Notes: generated by a model not told the origin, from the sequence alone. Shown: positions 11,219-24,899, counted from the whole stretch's first letter. The stretch: 63,391 nucleotides of DNA, filler included, from Aduncisulcus paluster (GCA_024181965.1; 6 parts of 6 records of this genome joined end to end with filler, not necessarily neighbours in it), one strand, 5' to 3'. Numbers and translations are program-made.

Positions 11219-12791
11219 ATGGATACTCCACAAAAGAGTTCAAAAACTCTAGAAGACAAGGTTCTTACAACATATCGTGGGTTAGAAGCAGCGATGAAAA
11301 GTATAGGCGATGTCAAGAAATCGTTATCAAAATTCTCATCTGACTTTGATTCAAAAATCGAAGAATTGTCTTCAAAGGTTTTAAAAATCGATGAAAAACA
11401 TGAAGATATCTCCAAACATATTCATGATGGTGAAAGTACAAGCACAAACCTCGCGCAAAAAATTAAAAACGTTGATGAGAAATTTATTGAATTAGAGTCA
11501 AGAATGGCACATATATCATCTGTACAAACAGAATACGCTGAGAAAGAACGGGTTCTTACAGAACAACTTGCATTTGTTTCTGAATCTGTTAGGAAGTATG
11601 ATAAAAAACTTGTAGAACAACAATCCAAAGATATTTCCCTAAATGAAAGGGAGAAAACTCTACAAATAAGACAGGATAAGATTATTGAAGATGAAGAATC
11701 TCTTAAACTTCGGTTGAAAGAAGTTGAAGAACGAGAAATGGCCATTATCCGTGAGAAAGAAGAAATTAGCAAAGCAAAAGAGGAAATAGAAAAATCACAG
11801 AGTCGGTTAGATGATAGACAAAATGAATTGGACCGAATCGAAAAAGATCATGTTGATTCTGAAAGTTTGCATGTTCGAGACAAATTTCTGATAGAAAAAG
11901 AAAGAATTCTCACAGAAAAAGAGAGAGTTCTCACAGAAAAAGAAAAGGATATTGCTCAAATGAATAAGGATTTGACATCAAACACCCAACTACTTGCCGA
12001 TGAAAAAGACCAACTTGAGTCTCGCTCGCGTTCCCTTGATACCCGTGAAGCAAACATTTTAGCACGTGAACGAAGAGAAGAAGAGCGTGAGAAGTTAGAT
12101 GAGGAAAGAGAAAAAAGAGATTTAATTTCCCAACAGAATTTAGAAGCTCTGCGTTCTGCTCTTGATCAGCGCCAAGAAGAACTCGAGGTTAAGATTGAAT
12201 TTCTTAAATCGGCTCAAGTCAAACTTGATGAGAGAGAGCGTAATAGTGATCTAAGAGAAGCCCACCAAGCAAAACGGGAAAAAGAATTAATCTCTTTTGA
12301 ACACCAAATTGAAGGGAAAAGTATTATGCTTGAACAACAATCACTCGAAATCAATAAGAGAATGCGGGAATTAGAGGAGAAAATGGAGAAATTCGAAGCT
12401 GAAAAGATCCGTGAAGAGGAAATCCATGATATGTCCGAGTCTAAATCTGATGATTTCTCCGATTCTGGGATGGGCAATATAAATGTAAGAACAGAAGACG
12501 GAGGATATGCGATGGAAGTTCTCATGTCTCCACCTCATTCTCTTGCAGTGGAACAACGGAAAGAAGTGAAGAGAAAAGCCATTGCTCAACGACTCCGGGA
12601 CACTCCCCTCTCCATTCGTGCGAAAGAACGTCGGCGTATGCGTGTTGAACCGATTGTTCCATCCTCTGAACCTGCTACCCACACAGCAGAACCCCATTCA
12701 TTCACCCCAGCCACCCCCTCCACTGTCCAACACTCCTCAAGGAAAGACTTGCAAAGAGATCGATCATGGGAACATGCAACCCCAATGCAGG
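11219..12791 (+). CDS. Long coiled-coil protein, 3'-truncated at contig end
   Basis: E/K/R-rich heptad pattern over ~400 aa; first ATG at 11219; runs into the linker. Confidence 0.8.
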
Positions 12792-12891
12792 NNNNNNNNN
12801 NNNNNNNNNNNNNNNNNNNNNNNNNNNNNNNNNNNTTAATTAATTAANNNNNNNNNNNNNNNNNNNNNNNNNNNNNNNNNNNNNNNNNNNN
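12792..12891. other. Artificial contig linker
   Basis: N44-TTAATTAATTAA-N44, with stops in all six frames. Confidence 0.97.
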
Positions 12892-14383
12892 GGACAATGT
12901 TTGAGGGAAGGTGCATACCATCCACTTTGCCGTAATAAGGATTTGAAAGAGTTGGGGGAACATCATTCAGGGATTCCCTTACGATATCACGATCAATTGT
13001 CCCAATACTGTGACTTCTGGACCTGAATCCACCCACAGGTTGAGGGGGAGCAGCAGGAGAGGTCTGGATCATAAGTTCTGAGCTGATCAGTGGGGATACA
13101 ATGGCTTCTTTCTTCGGAGTTCTTGAAGGGATAGAATCACAGGAGACTTTGGACTCATCCCACAACTGACTGGCAGCATCACAGCGCAGAGACATACTGG
13201 CTACAGCTTGGGCAGCGGTCTGGATGCGACTAGGGTTTTGCGAAGGGGTTGTGGGGGTGGATGGAATCGTAATAGTGGTCATGTTGGGGGAAACAGATTC
13301 ACACTTTGGTGGAACTCGACGACTGCCCATCATGGAATCGATTCGTGATTCACCTAATTTGACAAGGCCAGGAGACTTGTGGAAATGAGGGGCGTGGGGT
13401 CTTTGAGAATAGGGAGTAAATGAAGGAAATAGAAATGATAATGATGATATTTGTTTTCGAGAGAGGGCAGGATAATCTGCAGGAAGAATCGAGAGGAGAG
13501 CATCAATTGTATCTCTCATATCATCGAAATCTGAGACCGATTGCTCGGGAGTAGGTAATAAAGAAACGGACTGTGAACATGAATCTTCGAGATGAGCGCT
13601 TGTTGTTGTCCCGCGAGAGGACTGCGTTTGTTGAGGGGTGGCAGCAGTTAGCAGAGGGGAGTGGGTCTCTGTAACAGTCGATGTGAGATATGGAGTATGC
13701 GCAACCAATTGGGCAGTGAGCGCATTGTAATCAGCTGAAAGGCATCTTCTATGCCTCTTTTCACCCAAACGGTGACGAGGAACTGCCTTTGGAGATCGAG
13801 AACTCTGAAGAAGTGGTAGCAGCCGTAAAACTAATTCACTTTTATCAGATTCATTTATAGCACTTGAATTGGTATCTTCGGCAGAAGATCTTATTTGAAT
13901 AGGGGCCTCATCGTAATGAATACGTAAAGGCTTAACTTTAGGCGATTTCGATGCAGAGTATGGTTTAACTTGGCCAAACTGTGTTGGCTTTGATGATGTT
14001 CTTGGCAAAGATTTTACCTGTCTCCACCCAGGACTCGGACGGCGATGTGATATCACTAGAAGAAAAGAACAGAATGAAAAGTGGCAGAAAGGGGGAGAAA
14101 TTAGTAAAAATATTACATTTTTATGAGAAAAAAAACATCAAACTCTATATTTATCGACATACCACGGCAGATTCCAACACCATCTTCCGCAACGGAACTA
14201 CTCTCTTTCGGATTTAAAATAGATGAAGTATAAAAAGACATAAGACAAATCGTGTCAGCAAATTCACAGTTACAAATACATTGAGCAAAAGAAAACCCGA
14301 GATCATCCCAAGGTTCAGCTGAGATTCTAAATCTGGATATAACTTGAATTTCGACAATTAACCAAAAAATAAAAGATACTGGC
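12892..14383 (-). CDS. Ser/Pro/Thr-rich hypothetical protein, spliced (intron 14056-14162), both ends uncertain
   Basis: A GTATGT..TCTAG intron joins an upstream open exon (..PVSFIFWLIVEIQVISRFRISAEPWDD..EDGVGICR) in frame to VISHRR..; the 3' end is cut by the linker. Confidence 0.65.
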
Positions 14384-14641
14384 CTAAAATAAATTGTAAG
14401 AAGACCATATTAGAGTTGAAAACATAGTAACCATGAAGATTTGTGTTTCTCGTGTTCTACTTGAGTTATCAATATAAAATCACTGATAGGGAAAAATATA
14501 TAGGAAGAAGAATTGAAATAAAGATAAATTTATTGGAAATTTGAACATTTTATGGAAGGCAAAATTTTCGATAATTTCAGAGCGTGAAAAAAGCTTGTAT
14601 CTTTATGAAATCCATTAAAATTTTGAAAAATAAAGATTAAT

Positions 14642-17600
14642 TCATTTGGATTTCTTATGGGAGTGCCTTTTCTTTTCTCTTTTAACATCCTCCCCTCTTC
14701 CTCTTCTTTTCCCATGTTTATCGTGATGTTTCTTCTTTTCAGATGAATGTTTCGTTGTATCTTTTTCTTTTTCTCTAACAATGGTGAGTTTATCTGGGAT
14801 TTTGTTGGATTTCTTAGCAAGTTCTGCAATCTCGGGAGCAACTTCATATTCCTCCATACCTTTAACAGAGACTCTCTCCTTATTCTTCTTCGATCTTGAC
14901 GAGGACTTGTCCTGCTTTGTTGACTTTTCCGATATCTTTGTGGAGGCGGCATCAAAAGCAGAAGAAGAGAACCTATCATCAACTTCTCCTCTTTCCACTT
15001 CTTCTTCTTCCTTTTTTGAAGAGACTTTATCGTGTTTGTTCATAGTGGCTCCTTCAGAAGACTCCTTGGCATCGCTGAGGATCTTCTGGGTCTTGTTACG
15101 CTGACTCTGAGCCTCTTTCTTGAGTCTCTTCTTATCTTGCCTCTCCATCTCCATCAGTATTCCTCCATACCTTTAACAGAGACTCTCTCCTTATTCTTCT
15201 TCGATCTTGACGAGGACTTGTCCTGCTTTGTTGACTTTTCCGATATCTTTGTGGAGGCGGCATCAAAAGCAGAAGAAGAGAACCTATCATCAACTTCTCC
15301 TCTTTCCACTTCTTCTTCTTCCTTTTTTGAAGAGACTTTATCGTGTTTGTTCATAGTGGCTCCTTCAGAAGACTCCTTGGCATCGCTGAGGATCTTCTGG
15401 GTCTTGTTACGCTGACTCTGAGCCTCTTTCTTGAGTCTCTTCTTATCTTGCCTCTCCATCTCCATCAGTATTCCACATACCTTGTGTACTCCACGTTGGA
15501 ATGCTCCCAAACACTGACCCACACCGACTCCAATCAGTTTGGCGACATCCCCGACCTCGATACCGATCACACCAACACAGAGCATAATGTACATCTCTGA
15601 CAGGGAAGGTGTTGGATTGGATGGGGAGGACGGGAGCCGCATTGAGAACAAGAGATGGGTGAGACGTGGAATGAGGTCAAGGATAGCATGGTAATCGATG
15701 TGGCTGGAACTGTATGAGCACAAGCGATCAAGGTCACAATGAGATATCATATGGGGACAGATAGAAGACCATGAACAGGGGGTCACACTCACACCACGCC
15801 CTTGAACAAACACTCCTTCCTTCGTTTTCTGGGCAACAACAGCATCCTTGCCATGCCCTTCCAACTCACCCTCATCATCGTCTTCTTGAGGAGCTTCTTC
15901 AGCAGCAAGAGCTCCACCACTGTAGACACGAACAGTGTGTCTTGTGGCCAATGGATGGGTCTGAGTAATAACAGAGAGAAGCATGGGGGCAGACAGACTG
16001 TTCTTAAATATGGAGGAGGAGGAAAGACTTAGCATACGCATGGAACAGTCATAGGCCCACAGAACATCTTTCCCGTGCATTCGATTGACTGAGGACTCTC
16101 CTTGCGACTTTTCACAGCCCCTGATCATCACGCATGAGTGTTCACCAGTGACAGCATTGACCGTCTGACGGACATACACACAGACCATATTGCCTCGGGA
16201 GTAGAATGAATGGAGGGGGGCAGTCATCCCAAAGGCAACTCCAAACCAATCGAGACGTTCGCTGGGACGGGCAGATAGATGAGAGAATAGAGGGGGGAGT
16301 GAAGATGAGGATTCCAGAGTCGACTCATGTTCGGCAGACGAACCGAGACGAACTTGACCTTCGAATTCACGCTCAGCAAGTTCGAGAGGATCGACAGACT
16401 CGCTGAAGGCCCCTTCATAATACTTTCCAAGAAGATCAATGCATCGACTCCCGTATCCCATCCCTTGATACACTGGGTGAGTGGCTATCCGTACAATACG
16501 AGCACCACTCATTTGAGGGAAGGTTTTGTCTTGGTATTGAGAACTCAGAATCCAAGGAATCATGTCTCCACTCGGACGCACACCACGAGCTGTCTGCCGT
16601 TCGATGGTCAGCCTGTTCACACTCCCCTCAAGACACACTTGTACTGCACATAAAATGGGGGGGATTGAACCACTATCCCGGGAGGATGCCTCAGGTCCCA
16701 TGAGAACAAACAAATGGTGAGCCGGAGCATCAGAAAGAAGCTGTAAGTCATTTGGACTGTTCTTGTAATGGGAAGTAACGAATAAAGCCATAATCTTACC
16801 GAGAATTTGCTCTGTGGCAGGTTGGAATGAGAAGAGAGTATCCCTATTCACGTGGAACAGAGAGCACTCATGAGGTGGAGGACACACAGTTTTAAGTGCT
16901 TTTCTGTCTGCTTCTTCTTCACCCTCACATGTGACATCGAGTAAAAGGAGATCATTCAGCCATTTCTCAACTCCATCTCCATCACAGTAACGAATAGAAG
17001 AGTCCAGGGAGAGTTCTTGGAAAGAACCAGAGGAGGATTCAGTGGAGACTACTTTAGCTCTCTTGTTTCTTGACGCGGATGATATGACATTAGAACTGCT
17101 TCTCTCCCTCATCTGCTTGATAAGCTTAAGACTAAGACTACGACCTGTACCTTCGTATCCACTGATAGTACTGCTCAAAAACACAGTGTACGGTCCCAAT
17201 AAGCGTCTGACTATAGGTAATGGAATGGCTGCGGCCTCGTCAATAACCAAGAGATCACACTGAGAAGGATGGATCGAGTCCGTGGGCATGATATACTGGA
17301 TAGTTTGACGATGAGTCCTCGTAACGACAACACCTGTGACGCATCCACTCTCTTCATCGCGAGACACGGTGAAATCCTTGAATTCAACAAGACCAACACT
17401 TTCAACAAGAGCTTTAAGGAAGAACTCAAAGAGACCAGTGAGATTCTCAGGGGATGGGGCAGTGACACAAACGTTACTCATACCAGCAACAACACTGCAG
17501 GCAAGGGAAATACCGAGGGCTGCACTCTTTCCACGACCACGGGCAGCAGTCAAGACGACAGCATCTCCTCTATCGCCGGAATGGGCTGTTCTTCTCTTCC

Positions 17601-18627
17601 CGGCCTCGTCAGACTTCAACATCCCACCCATCATTGTCTTCATGAAGGTGTATATAGCATTGGCCTGAGAGGGGGTGGCTGCCATTGATATGAGGGAGGT
17701 GAGAGTACGAGTGAGAAAGTCGGAGGGAGAACCTTGGTTTGAGGGGGCAGCTTCAGCCTGAGAACTAGACTCGGCAGCAGAGGAAGAGGAAGAACTCTCT
17801 TCCTCAGAACCGGAGGAAGAAGATTCTTCCTCAGAACTACTGCTCTCATCATCGTCTCCGGATTCTTCAGTTGTCTCAACGATAACCATCTGTCGAAGCT
17901 TTTCTACCTCTTTTTTAAGATTGCTGACACGAGTTTCCTGGGAAGGAATCTCTTGATCTCTCAGTCTATCGACTATAGTATCCATTTCTTCACTGACTCT
18001 GATAACACTAAGTTCATCGTCAACAAATAGGGCAGAGGAGCATTTAGATAGGGATAGGAGGAATCTCTCATTGAAACGGCAACATACATCTTTGTGAGCA
18101 TCTGTACGATAACGAGAGTGGGCATCCATGGTCATGGTGGCAAACTGTCGAATAGAAGTAATGTTGCTCAATAAAAATATCACTAATCCTCCACCAGACA
18201 CAGTTTCAACTGTCCTTGCCAATACATTAGGAGTAACAGCTTCAAAATCTTGAAGAATTAAAACACCAAACGTTCTACCAAGAACTTTGTGTGTTTCATT
18301 ATAAAAACTATATGTAATATCAGTAGATGTCATAAACAAATCGAAAGTGTTCATATCGGAAGTGTCTATCAATCCTTTAGAAACTTGCTTTCTTAATTGC
18401 TTAAGACGTTTGGACTTTGCAGAACTAATGCCTAAACTTTTCTTATAACACCATAAAATGGAAGGTCTGGCATTTTCTTGACGATTTGAAAGAATGGAAT
18501 AGAGATTTGGGAGTTGATCTTTTCCGTTCCTACCAACAACTACAAAAATACTTCTGTGACCTCTCTCAACATTGACGTCAATCATATCTTTAATTCGGGA
18601 ATCTAATCTTTTTCTTACTGTTTTCAT
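14642..18627 (-). CDS. NAT10: RNA cytidine acetyltransferase NAT10/Kre33
   Basis: RKRLDSRI..HRSIFVVVG, LQDFEAVTPNVLARTVETV.GGG, Walker A TAARGRGKSAALG, DEAAAIP, SHYKNSPNDLQLLSDAPAH and GNAT RIVRIATHP.YQGMGYGSR. The C-terminus is interrupted by a 311-bp tandem duplication. Confidence 0.97.
14847..15468. repeat. Exact 311-bp tandem duplication in the NAT10 3' end
   Basis: 14847-15157 equals 15158-15468, bounded by TATTCC microhomology. Confidence 0.9.
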
Positions 18628-18810
18628 TTTCGCTTCCCAAAGGCCCAAAACTATTTTGATGTTGATTGGTTGGACTTCAACAAGCTGAGAAGCATGATTT
18701 AGTGATTATATTAAAAAAAGAATAAAAGAGAAATTATTTTTTGCTTAAATGGCCATTAATGAGAATATTTTGCGAAATATTTCTATCAAATGATGACAAA
18801 TTTTATTAAC

Positions 18811-20001
18811 TTACTTCCACATTTTTTCATGTGAAGCATCACCCTCTCTTTGCCTCTTGGCATCTAAAATCTTCCTAGCGGCCATCTCAAAGTCTTCTTG
18901 AGTGACATGAGTTCTTCTCTCTCTCAAAGCAAATAGCCCGGCTTCAGTACACACAGATTTCATCTCAGCTCCTGAACTATCGGGTAACATTGTTGCTATT
19001 TTTTGTAAGTCGACTCCTCTCATGACATTCATTCGACGGGAGTGAATACGGAGAATCTGAACACGGGCGGCTTCATTTGGATGGGGAAATTCAATCTTAC
19101 GGTCAATACGACCAGGCCTCATCAAAGCAGGATCGAGAATATCTAAACGATTTGTGGCCATCAATACTTTAATACTCTGGGTGCTCTCAAAACCATCCAA
19201 CTGATTCAGCAATTCAAGCATGGTACGTTGAACCTCTGAGTCGGAGTTCTTTCCAGAAGCACGTTTCCCTCCAATGGAATCGACCTCATCCATGAAAATA
19301 ATCGATGGGGCATGCTCTCTAGCCATAACAAAAAGCTCTCTGACCATTCTGCTTCCTTCTCCAATATATTTCTGAACCAATTCACTTCCACTTACACGGA
19401 TGAAGGTACATTCTGTATGATGAGCAACTGCACGGGCAAGAAGGGTCTTTCCTGTTCCAGGAGGTCCATAAAGAAGGACTCCCTTGGGTTGCTGAATACC
19501 GAGAGAATCAAACAGTTCGGGATGTTTGATTGGCAATTCAATGACTTCTTTGATCATTTTAATCTGTTCATCAAGCCCACCGACCATGTCATAAGTGGCG
19601 TCTGGCTGTTTTTCAACTCTCATCAAAGATACAATGGGATCAACAGCTCGAGGCATGATTGATTGGAGAGCGAGGGATTCAGAACGTAAAACAACTCTAG
19701 CATTTGGTTTGATCTTTCCGATATCTACGTGGGGTTCAACATCAACAATATGCTTTCCTTCGTGTTCGACATCAACCAATACCTTCTTTTTACCCATAAG
19801 CTTTACAACAGAACCAATTGAAGAAGCACCTTCGTGTAAAAGATATATTTCATCCTTAAGAGCCCTAACTCTGCGATTGAGTTCATTTCTTTGAGCTTCT
19901 AACCGAGCAATAGATGTTTGCTTTTCTCGTTTCGAATCTTCCAGTGAGCGAATTTGTGTTCTAAGATAATGTTCAAATGCCAATGATTTTTTATCGCTCA
20001 T
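18811..20001 (-). CDS. RPT6: 26S proteasome AAA-ATPase subunit Rpt6 (PSMC5/SUG1)
   Basis: [63 protein letters not shown]-terminal KMWK. Confidence 0.97.
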   Translation of the reverse strand: MSDKKSLAFEHYLRTQIRSLEDSKREKQTSIARLEAQRNELNRRVRALKDEIYLLHEGASSIGSVVKLMGKKKVLVDVEHEGKHIVDVEPHVDIGKIKPNARVVLRSESLALQSIMPRAVDPIVSLMRVEKQPDATYDMVGGLDEQIKMIKEVIELPIKHPELFDSLGIQQPKGVLLYGPPGTGKTLLARAVAHHTECTFIRVSGSELVQKYIGEGSRMVRELFVMAREHAPSIIFMDEVDSIGGKRASGKNSDSEVQRTMLELLNQLDGFESTQSIKVLMATNRLDILDPALMRPGRIDRKIEFPHPNEAARVQILRIHSRRMNVMRGVDLQKIATMLPDSSGAEMKSVCTEAGLFALRERRTHVTQEDFEMAARKILDAKRQREGDASHEKMWK

Positions 20002-20256
20002 ATGTATGTGATTATCTCTATCAAATCCTGTGACTCAAAGAAATCGGGCTTGTCATTGAAGTTGTTCGTTTGATTGTATTAGGTACAATAATACCAGTCA
20101 AACAGATATATGGTGGATAAAAAGTTGAAAAAAAATGATCTTGTTGATTTATTTTCTTTGATTCTCGAGTTGGAGAAACGAAAATTGATTTTGAGTTAGG
20201 GGAGTTAACGTGAGTAAAAATCGTAAATGATTTATTAACATAACATTTCAATGGAA

Positions 20257-21341
20257 TCAGAGGATGAGACCAAGACCGACACCAACGGATCCTTTGCCAG
20301 AATCCATATTATGAGCGGCACTTACAGAAAGACGGGTTCCCTTGGCAATCAAATGAGAAGCTTCAATCGTTGTGGTGGATTGAGAAGTAGTAAGAGAGAC
20401 GGCAGTCTTCTCATCGGGAGTGTATTTCAGACCACATGTGTACTCAAGGTTGTCAACGAAATCAACATATGAACTCTTGAATTCAGCTCCAACCTCGACG
20501 GATTTTGATAATTTTCCAAAAACTTGAGCTCCAATACCATGGTAACCCTCGAGGAGAAGGCAAGTGGAGACAGGACAACGAGGGTGAGAATACTCAGCAA
20601 CAGCAGTAATTCCATCAAGAGTGGATAAGGTGTGTTTCTTCAAAAGGCCAACGCAACAGGGCTTAGATGTTGTGGCGTCATCGACAGTTTCTTCAGTTTT
20701 CTTTTGGAACTTTGAAGAAAGGAAGGAATGAGTGTGGGAAACACACTTGTGAAGAGGAATGCGAGTAAAAGCAGAAATTTTTACACCATGGATTGGTTTG
20801 GGGTGGGCAGAAACATCAACAATTCCTTTTTTAGAACTGTAAGAGGCAGTGGTTCCACACTTTCCTGTAAAGGCAAGTCCGAAGTCTGGTTCAGTTGGAG
20901 CTCCAGAATTAACGTGAATAAACCCTCTCAAACCCTTAAGTTGTTGTGTTCCAATAAGAGTTAACCTTCCATCAGCTTCATCAATACTTGAAGACCGGGC
21001 ATCATCATCAAATGAGGTGGTACGAGTAATATTTCCATTGAGATGCATTTGGACATTTGGTACAGCAGAGATAAGTTGTTCGTTAACACTAGATACAACC
21101 TTTTTCCCATGGAACTGGGTGTTAAGGGAAGTTTTCTGAGATAAAGAGAAATAAATGGAAATAAATCAAAGTAAAGCATCAATAAGAGAAATTAACTCTG
21201 AAATAAGAAGAATACAAGATGTAAAATCGCAGGTGAAAGATAAAAACATACAGAAACGAAGAGATCTGATTTGATGGTTTTCTCAGCAGAAACGGAAAAT
21301 CCAGGTCTCACTTTAGCGAAGATAGATCCTATTCCAGACAT
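20257..21341 (-). CDS. Eukaryotic porin (VDAC-like; Tom40 not excluded), 322 aa, exons 21252-21341 and 20257-21135
   Basis: A 116-nt GTATGT..CTCAG intron restores an N-terminal amphipathic segment. Alternating beta-strand pattern; C-terminal GAQVFGKLSKSVEVGAEF..GLKYTPDEKT..LIAKGTRLSVSA..SVGVGLGLIL parallels the last VDAC strands and beta-signal. Confidence 0.75.
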
Positions 21342-21641
21342 AATGTGTTCGAATAAACTCAATAGACACCAAGATCAATGTCAATATTTTTCAACTCTAA
21401 AATATGCTGAGAAGATAAGATTTGCTTCTGATTAATAAACAAAATATGAATATAATTTATTTTTATGTTTTTAAACTTGTCCAAAAATCACTAGATGCCA
21501 TGACTGAACAGCATCCAAGAGTTCCATATAAGAAAGGAAATTTACTTTTATTGTGATAGTATAAATTTGTTAATAGATCCAAAGATTATTCCATTATGCC
21601 TCTCCATCACCCATAGTTTTCAAATGTAACAAGATAGAAAC

Positions 21642-22286
21642 TTAACGAAGTTCCTTGTCTAATTGACAGTAAATAGTACGTCCTAACCACTCCGTTTCAT
21701 TCATTTTCTCAACACATTCTTTAGCGTGTTCAACAGTATCGAATCTCACGACACCACAACCCTTGGATCTGGGACGGAACTTCCCAGCCTTACTATAGTA
21801 TATGTAACCCTCGAGCACACCCTCCACTTTCTCAGCGAAGTAACCAGCCATGTCAAGACCCTTCATAACAGAGTAAGGGATGTTGCTGACGAAAACAGAA
21901 GCAGCAGCCTTACCTTTTTCAACAGGGCGGAAAGAAGAGGAACTTGCTTTACGGTCAAGGCGAACCTCGAGACGACGACCAGAGAAAGAAGAACCGTTGT
22001 AACGGGTGATGAAGGTATCGGCATCTTCCTTGTCTTCGAATTCAACAAGGGCATAACCAGAAGACCTTCCATCAAACTTGGTGGCAAGGGTGATTTTGGA
22101 GGCTTTCACTCTAGAAAAATAATCTGTGAGATCAGCTTCAGTTGATTCATAACTATAATAATCATAGATGGTTGAAATCGAGCGCAAAAATTTTCACATA
22201 AGAAGTCAATGATAGAAGTAAAATCAAGAAGTCCAAATAAAGAAAAAGACATACGGAAGATTACCAACAAAAATGCAGATAGCCAT
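21642..22286 (-). CDS. Two-RRM RNA/ssDNA-binding protein (Gbp2/G-strand-binding-like); exons 22255-22286 and 21642-22152
   Basis: Splicing gives MAICIFVGNLPYEST (RNP2); RNP1 motifs RSSGYALVEF and RSKGCGVVRF. Confidence 0.9.
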
Positions 22287-22786
22287 AGTAATTCAACAGG
22301 GTACCAAGAAACAACATCATTTTACTATTTTTATCTTGTGTCTGTTTCTCATAAAAGAAGATCATGTTTCTTCACGGGAATATAAATTTATTTTGATTTA
22401 AGGAATAAAATGAGTCAATATTATGCTTGATTATGTAGAAAATGGTTTTTTAACAAATCTCCAGCTTATTCAAGTTCTTGAAAGTCCTATCATGAAAGAA
22501 TATAATATTTTTTTTCTGCAACAATGTGTAATAAATTTCCATGGGGATCGAATGGATTTTTGTAATTTCCGAGAGCGGCAACAGAAATGGTTATAGGATT
22601 TATTGATTATTTCATAAGGTATTACAAATACATCAATGTAAAAAGAATAAAATTAGGAATATACAATGGATTTAATGCGTCAACGCTTCGTAAATGGCCA
22701 ATTGGGCGGGACCCTATTTTTAGACTGGTGTTTTCCATGGAGCTTGGGCTTTTCTTCGTTCCCATTTTTTAGAAACAGCATTTGAC

Positions 22787-23914
22787 ATGAGTTTAGGAAA
22801 ACCTATTATTATTGACAACGGTTCTGGTGCCGTGAAAGCTGGTTTTAGCGGAGATGACAGCCCTATTAGTATCTTCCCCGCTATCGTCGGTGTGTCCAAA
22901 CACGAAGCTATTATGTTTGGTGTTATGGGTAAAGAGGATTATTATGTCGGAAAGGAGGCTCAAGAGAAACGTGGTGTTCTTACCCTTCAATATCCTATGG
23001 AACATGGTATTGTCAAGAATTGGCAATATATGGAGTACATCTGGCATCATACCTTCTATAACGAGCTTCGTATTGCTCCTGAGGACCACCCTGTTCTTCT
23101 TACCGAGGCTCCCCTTAACCCCATCGTGAACAGAGAGAAGATGACCGAGATTATGTTCGAAAGCTTCCAAGTTCCTGCCTTGTACATCCAAATCCAAGCT
23201 GTTCTTTCCCTTTATGCCAATGGTAGAACTACTGGTCTCATTTTTGATTCTGGTGATGGTGTTTCTCACATTGTTCCTATCTTCCAAGGATACTCCGTAA
23301 ACCATGCTATTTCAAGGATGGATCTTGCCGGACGTGATCTTACTCACTACCTTGCTAGAATCCTCACTAAGCGTGGATACTCTTTCACCACCTCCGCTGA
23401 GCTCGAAATTGTTCGTGACATGAAAGAAAAGCTCTGTTTCGTTGCTGATGACTACGAAGAGGCTCTTGCCAGTGCTTCCAAGGACCCTGCTCTCTTTAAG
23501 ACTTTTGAGCTTCCTGATGGTACTCATGTTGATATGGGTGAGGAGCGTTTCCGTTGTCCTGAGGCTCTCTTCAACCCTCAACCTCTTGGACTTGAGGTCC
23601 GTGGTATCCATGAGCTCATTTACAAGTCCATCATGAAATGTGATATCGATGTCAGACGTGATTTGTACTCTTCCATCATTCTTTCTGGTGGTACCACCCT
23701 CTTCCCCAACTTGGAGAAGCGTCTTCACTTCGAGTTGAGCTCCCTCGCTCCTTCCTCCATCAAGATCAAGATTGTTGCTGCTCCTGAACGTAGACTTTGT
23801 GTGTGGCTCGGAGGTTCCATCGTGTCCATGTTGACCACCTTCGAAGAAATGTGGGTCAGCAAGAAGGATTACGACGAAGTTGGTGCTGAAATTATCCACC
23901 ACAAATGTCTGTAA
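22787..23914 (+). CDS. ACT: Actin (divergent; some Arp1-like residues)
   Basis: 375 aa; [70 protein letters not shown]. Confidence 0.9.
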   Translation: MSLGKPIIIDNGSGAVKAGFSGDDSPISIFPAIVGVSKHEAIMFGVMGKEDYYVGKEAQEKRGVLTLQYPMEHGIVKNWQYMEYIWHHTFYNELRIAPEDHPVLLTEAPLNPIVNREKMTEIMFESFQVPALYIQIQAVLSLYANGRTTGLIFDSGDGVSHIVPIFQGYSVNHAISRMDLAGRDLTHYLARILTKRGYSFTTSAELEIVRDMKEKLCFVADDYEEALASASKDPALFKTFELPDGTHVDMGEERFRCPEALFNPQPLGLEVRGIHELIYKSIMKCDIDVRRDLYSSIILSGGTTLFPNLEKRLHFELSSLAPSSIKIKIVAAPERRLCVWLGGSIVSMLTTFEEMWVSKKDYDEVGAEIIHHKCL

Positions 23915-24054
23915 AATTAAAGATATGTATTACACTCATCTGTTTTCTTTTGGATTTTTGAACGGAGTTGAAAGATTTTTTCATGTCAGTGATTAAATAA
24001 CAACAATAAATATACTGCAATATTATTATTTACTTCAGATATTGACCTGGCTGT

Positions 24055-24618
24055 TTACAAGGTTTTCAAAAACTCACAAAGTAATCTCACAGCTTTTCCA
24101 CGGTGAGAAATGGCATCCTTCTCTCCACCTGGCATTTCAGCATATGTTTGTTTTTTGCCTTTGGGAAGGAAAACGGGATCCCATCCAAATCCAGATCCAT
24201 GGGCTTCTTTGGTTATTGAACCATCGCATTTTCCAATAAAAAGTTTCACCTCTTCTCCGGGACCAGCACAGTAAGCAAAAGAAGCAACGGCAGTTGCAGA
24301 TCTATCTTCAAATCCATCTAATACATGTGCTAAGCCACTAGGACCTAATCTAGTGATGAAATCTTTGATATATGGACCGGGCAATCCTTTCCAAGAAGTG
24401 AAACAGAGGGATGTATCATCAACGATCACAGGACCATCGTAAGCTACTGCTGCTGCGGCAGCCTTTGCCATAACCACTTCTTCATAAGTTCCTTGAATTT
24501 CGGGAACATCCAATTTTACATTGATCAGGTCAATTGAAGAATCATCAGAGGCCAAAATACGCTTAACTTCTTTAACTTTGTTAATATTTCCGGTAATAAG
24601 AGCAAGGGGCTTTGTCAT
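24055..24618 (-). CDS. ITPA: Inosine triphosphate pyrophosphatase (HAM1/ITPA)
   Basis: ITGN.NKVKEV, PEIQG, VDDTSLCF....GLPGPYIK, FGWDPVF, TYAEM, SHRGKA. Confidence 0.96.
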   Translation of the reverse strand: MTKPLALITGNINKVKEVKRILASDDSSIDLINVKLDVPEIQGTYEEVVMAKAAAAAVAYDGPVIVDDTSLCFTSWKGLPGPYIKDFITRLGPSGLAHVLDGFEDRSATAVASFAYCAGPGEEVKLFIGKCDGSITKEAHGSGFGWDPVFLPKGKKQTYAEMPGGEKDAISHRGKAVRLLCEFLKTL

Positions 24619-24899
24619 TTCGGGAATAATTCTAGTTTTTGAATGGTCCCTCAGAGAAAATCGTAATGTTTTCTTTATTCCTTCCTAAATAAATGAGTCA
24701 TTTGAAATGAAAAATAATATGAAAAGAACGAACTTTATTTTATACTATGGGAGGAATTTAGCTGTTTGAGAACCATAAATCAACTCTTTATTTATATGAC
24801 GGCAAACTCTGCTTTGTGCGAAAAGAAATAAACAACTACTTCCTTTTGATAAGTAATATTTTGCTATATAAATTTTTCTTTCAGAAAAACTTCAGTTTT

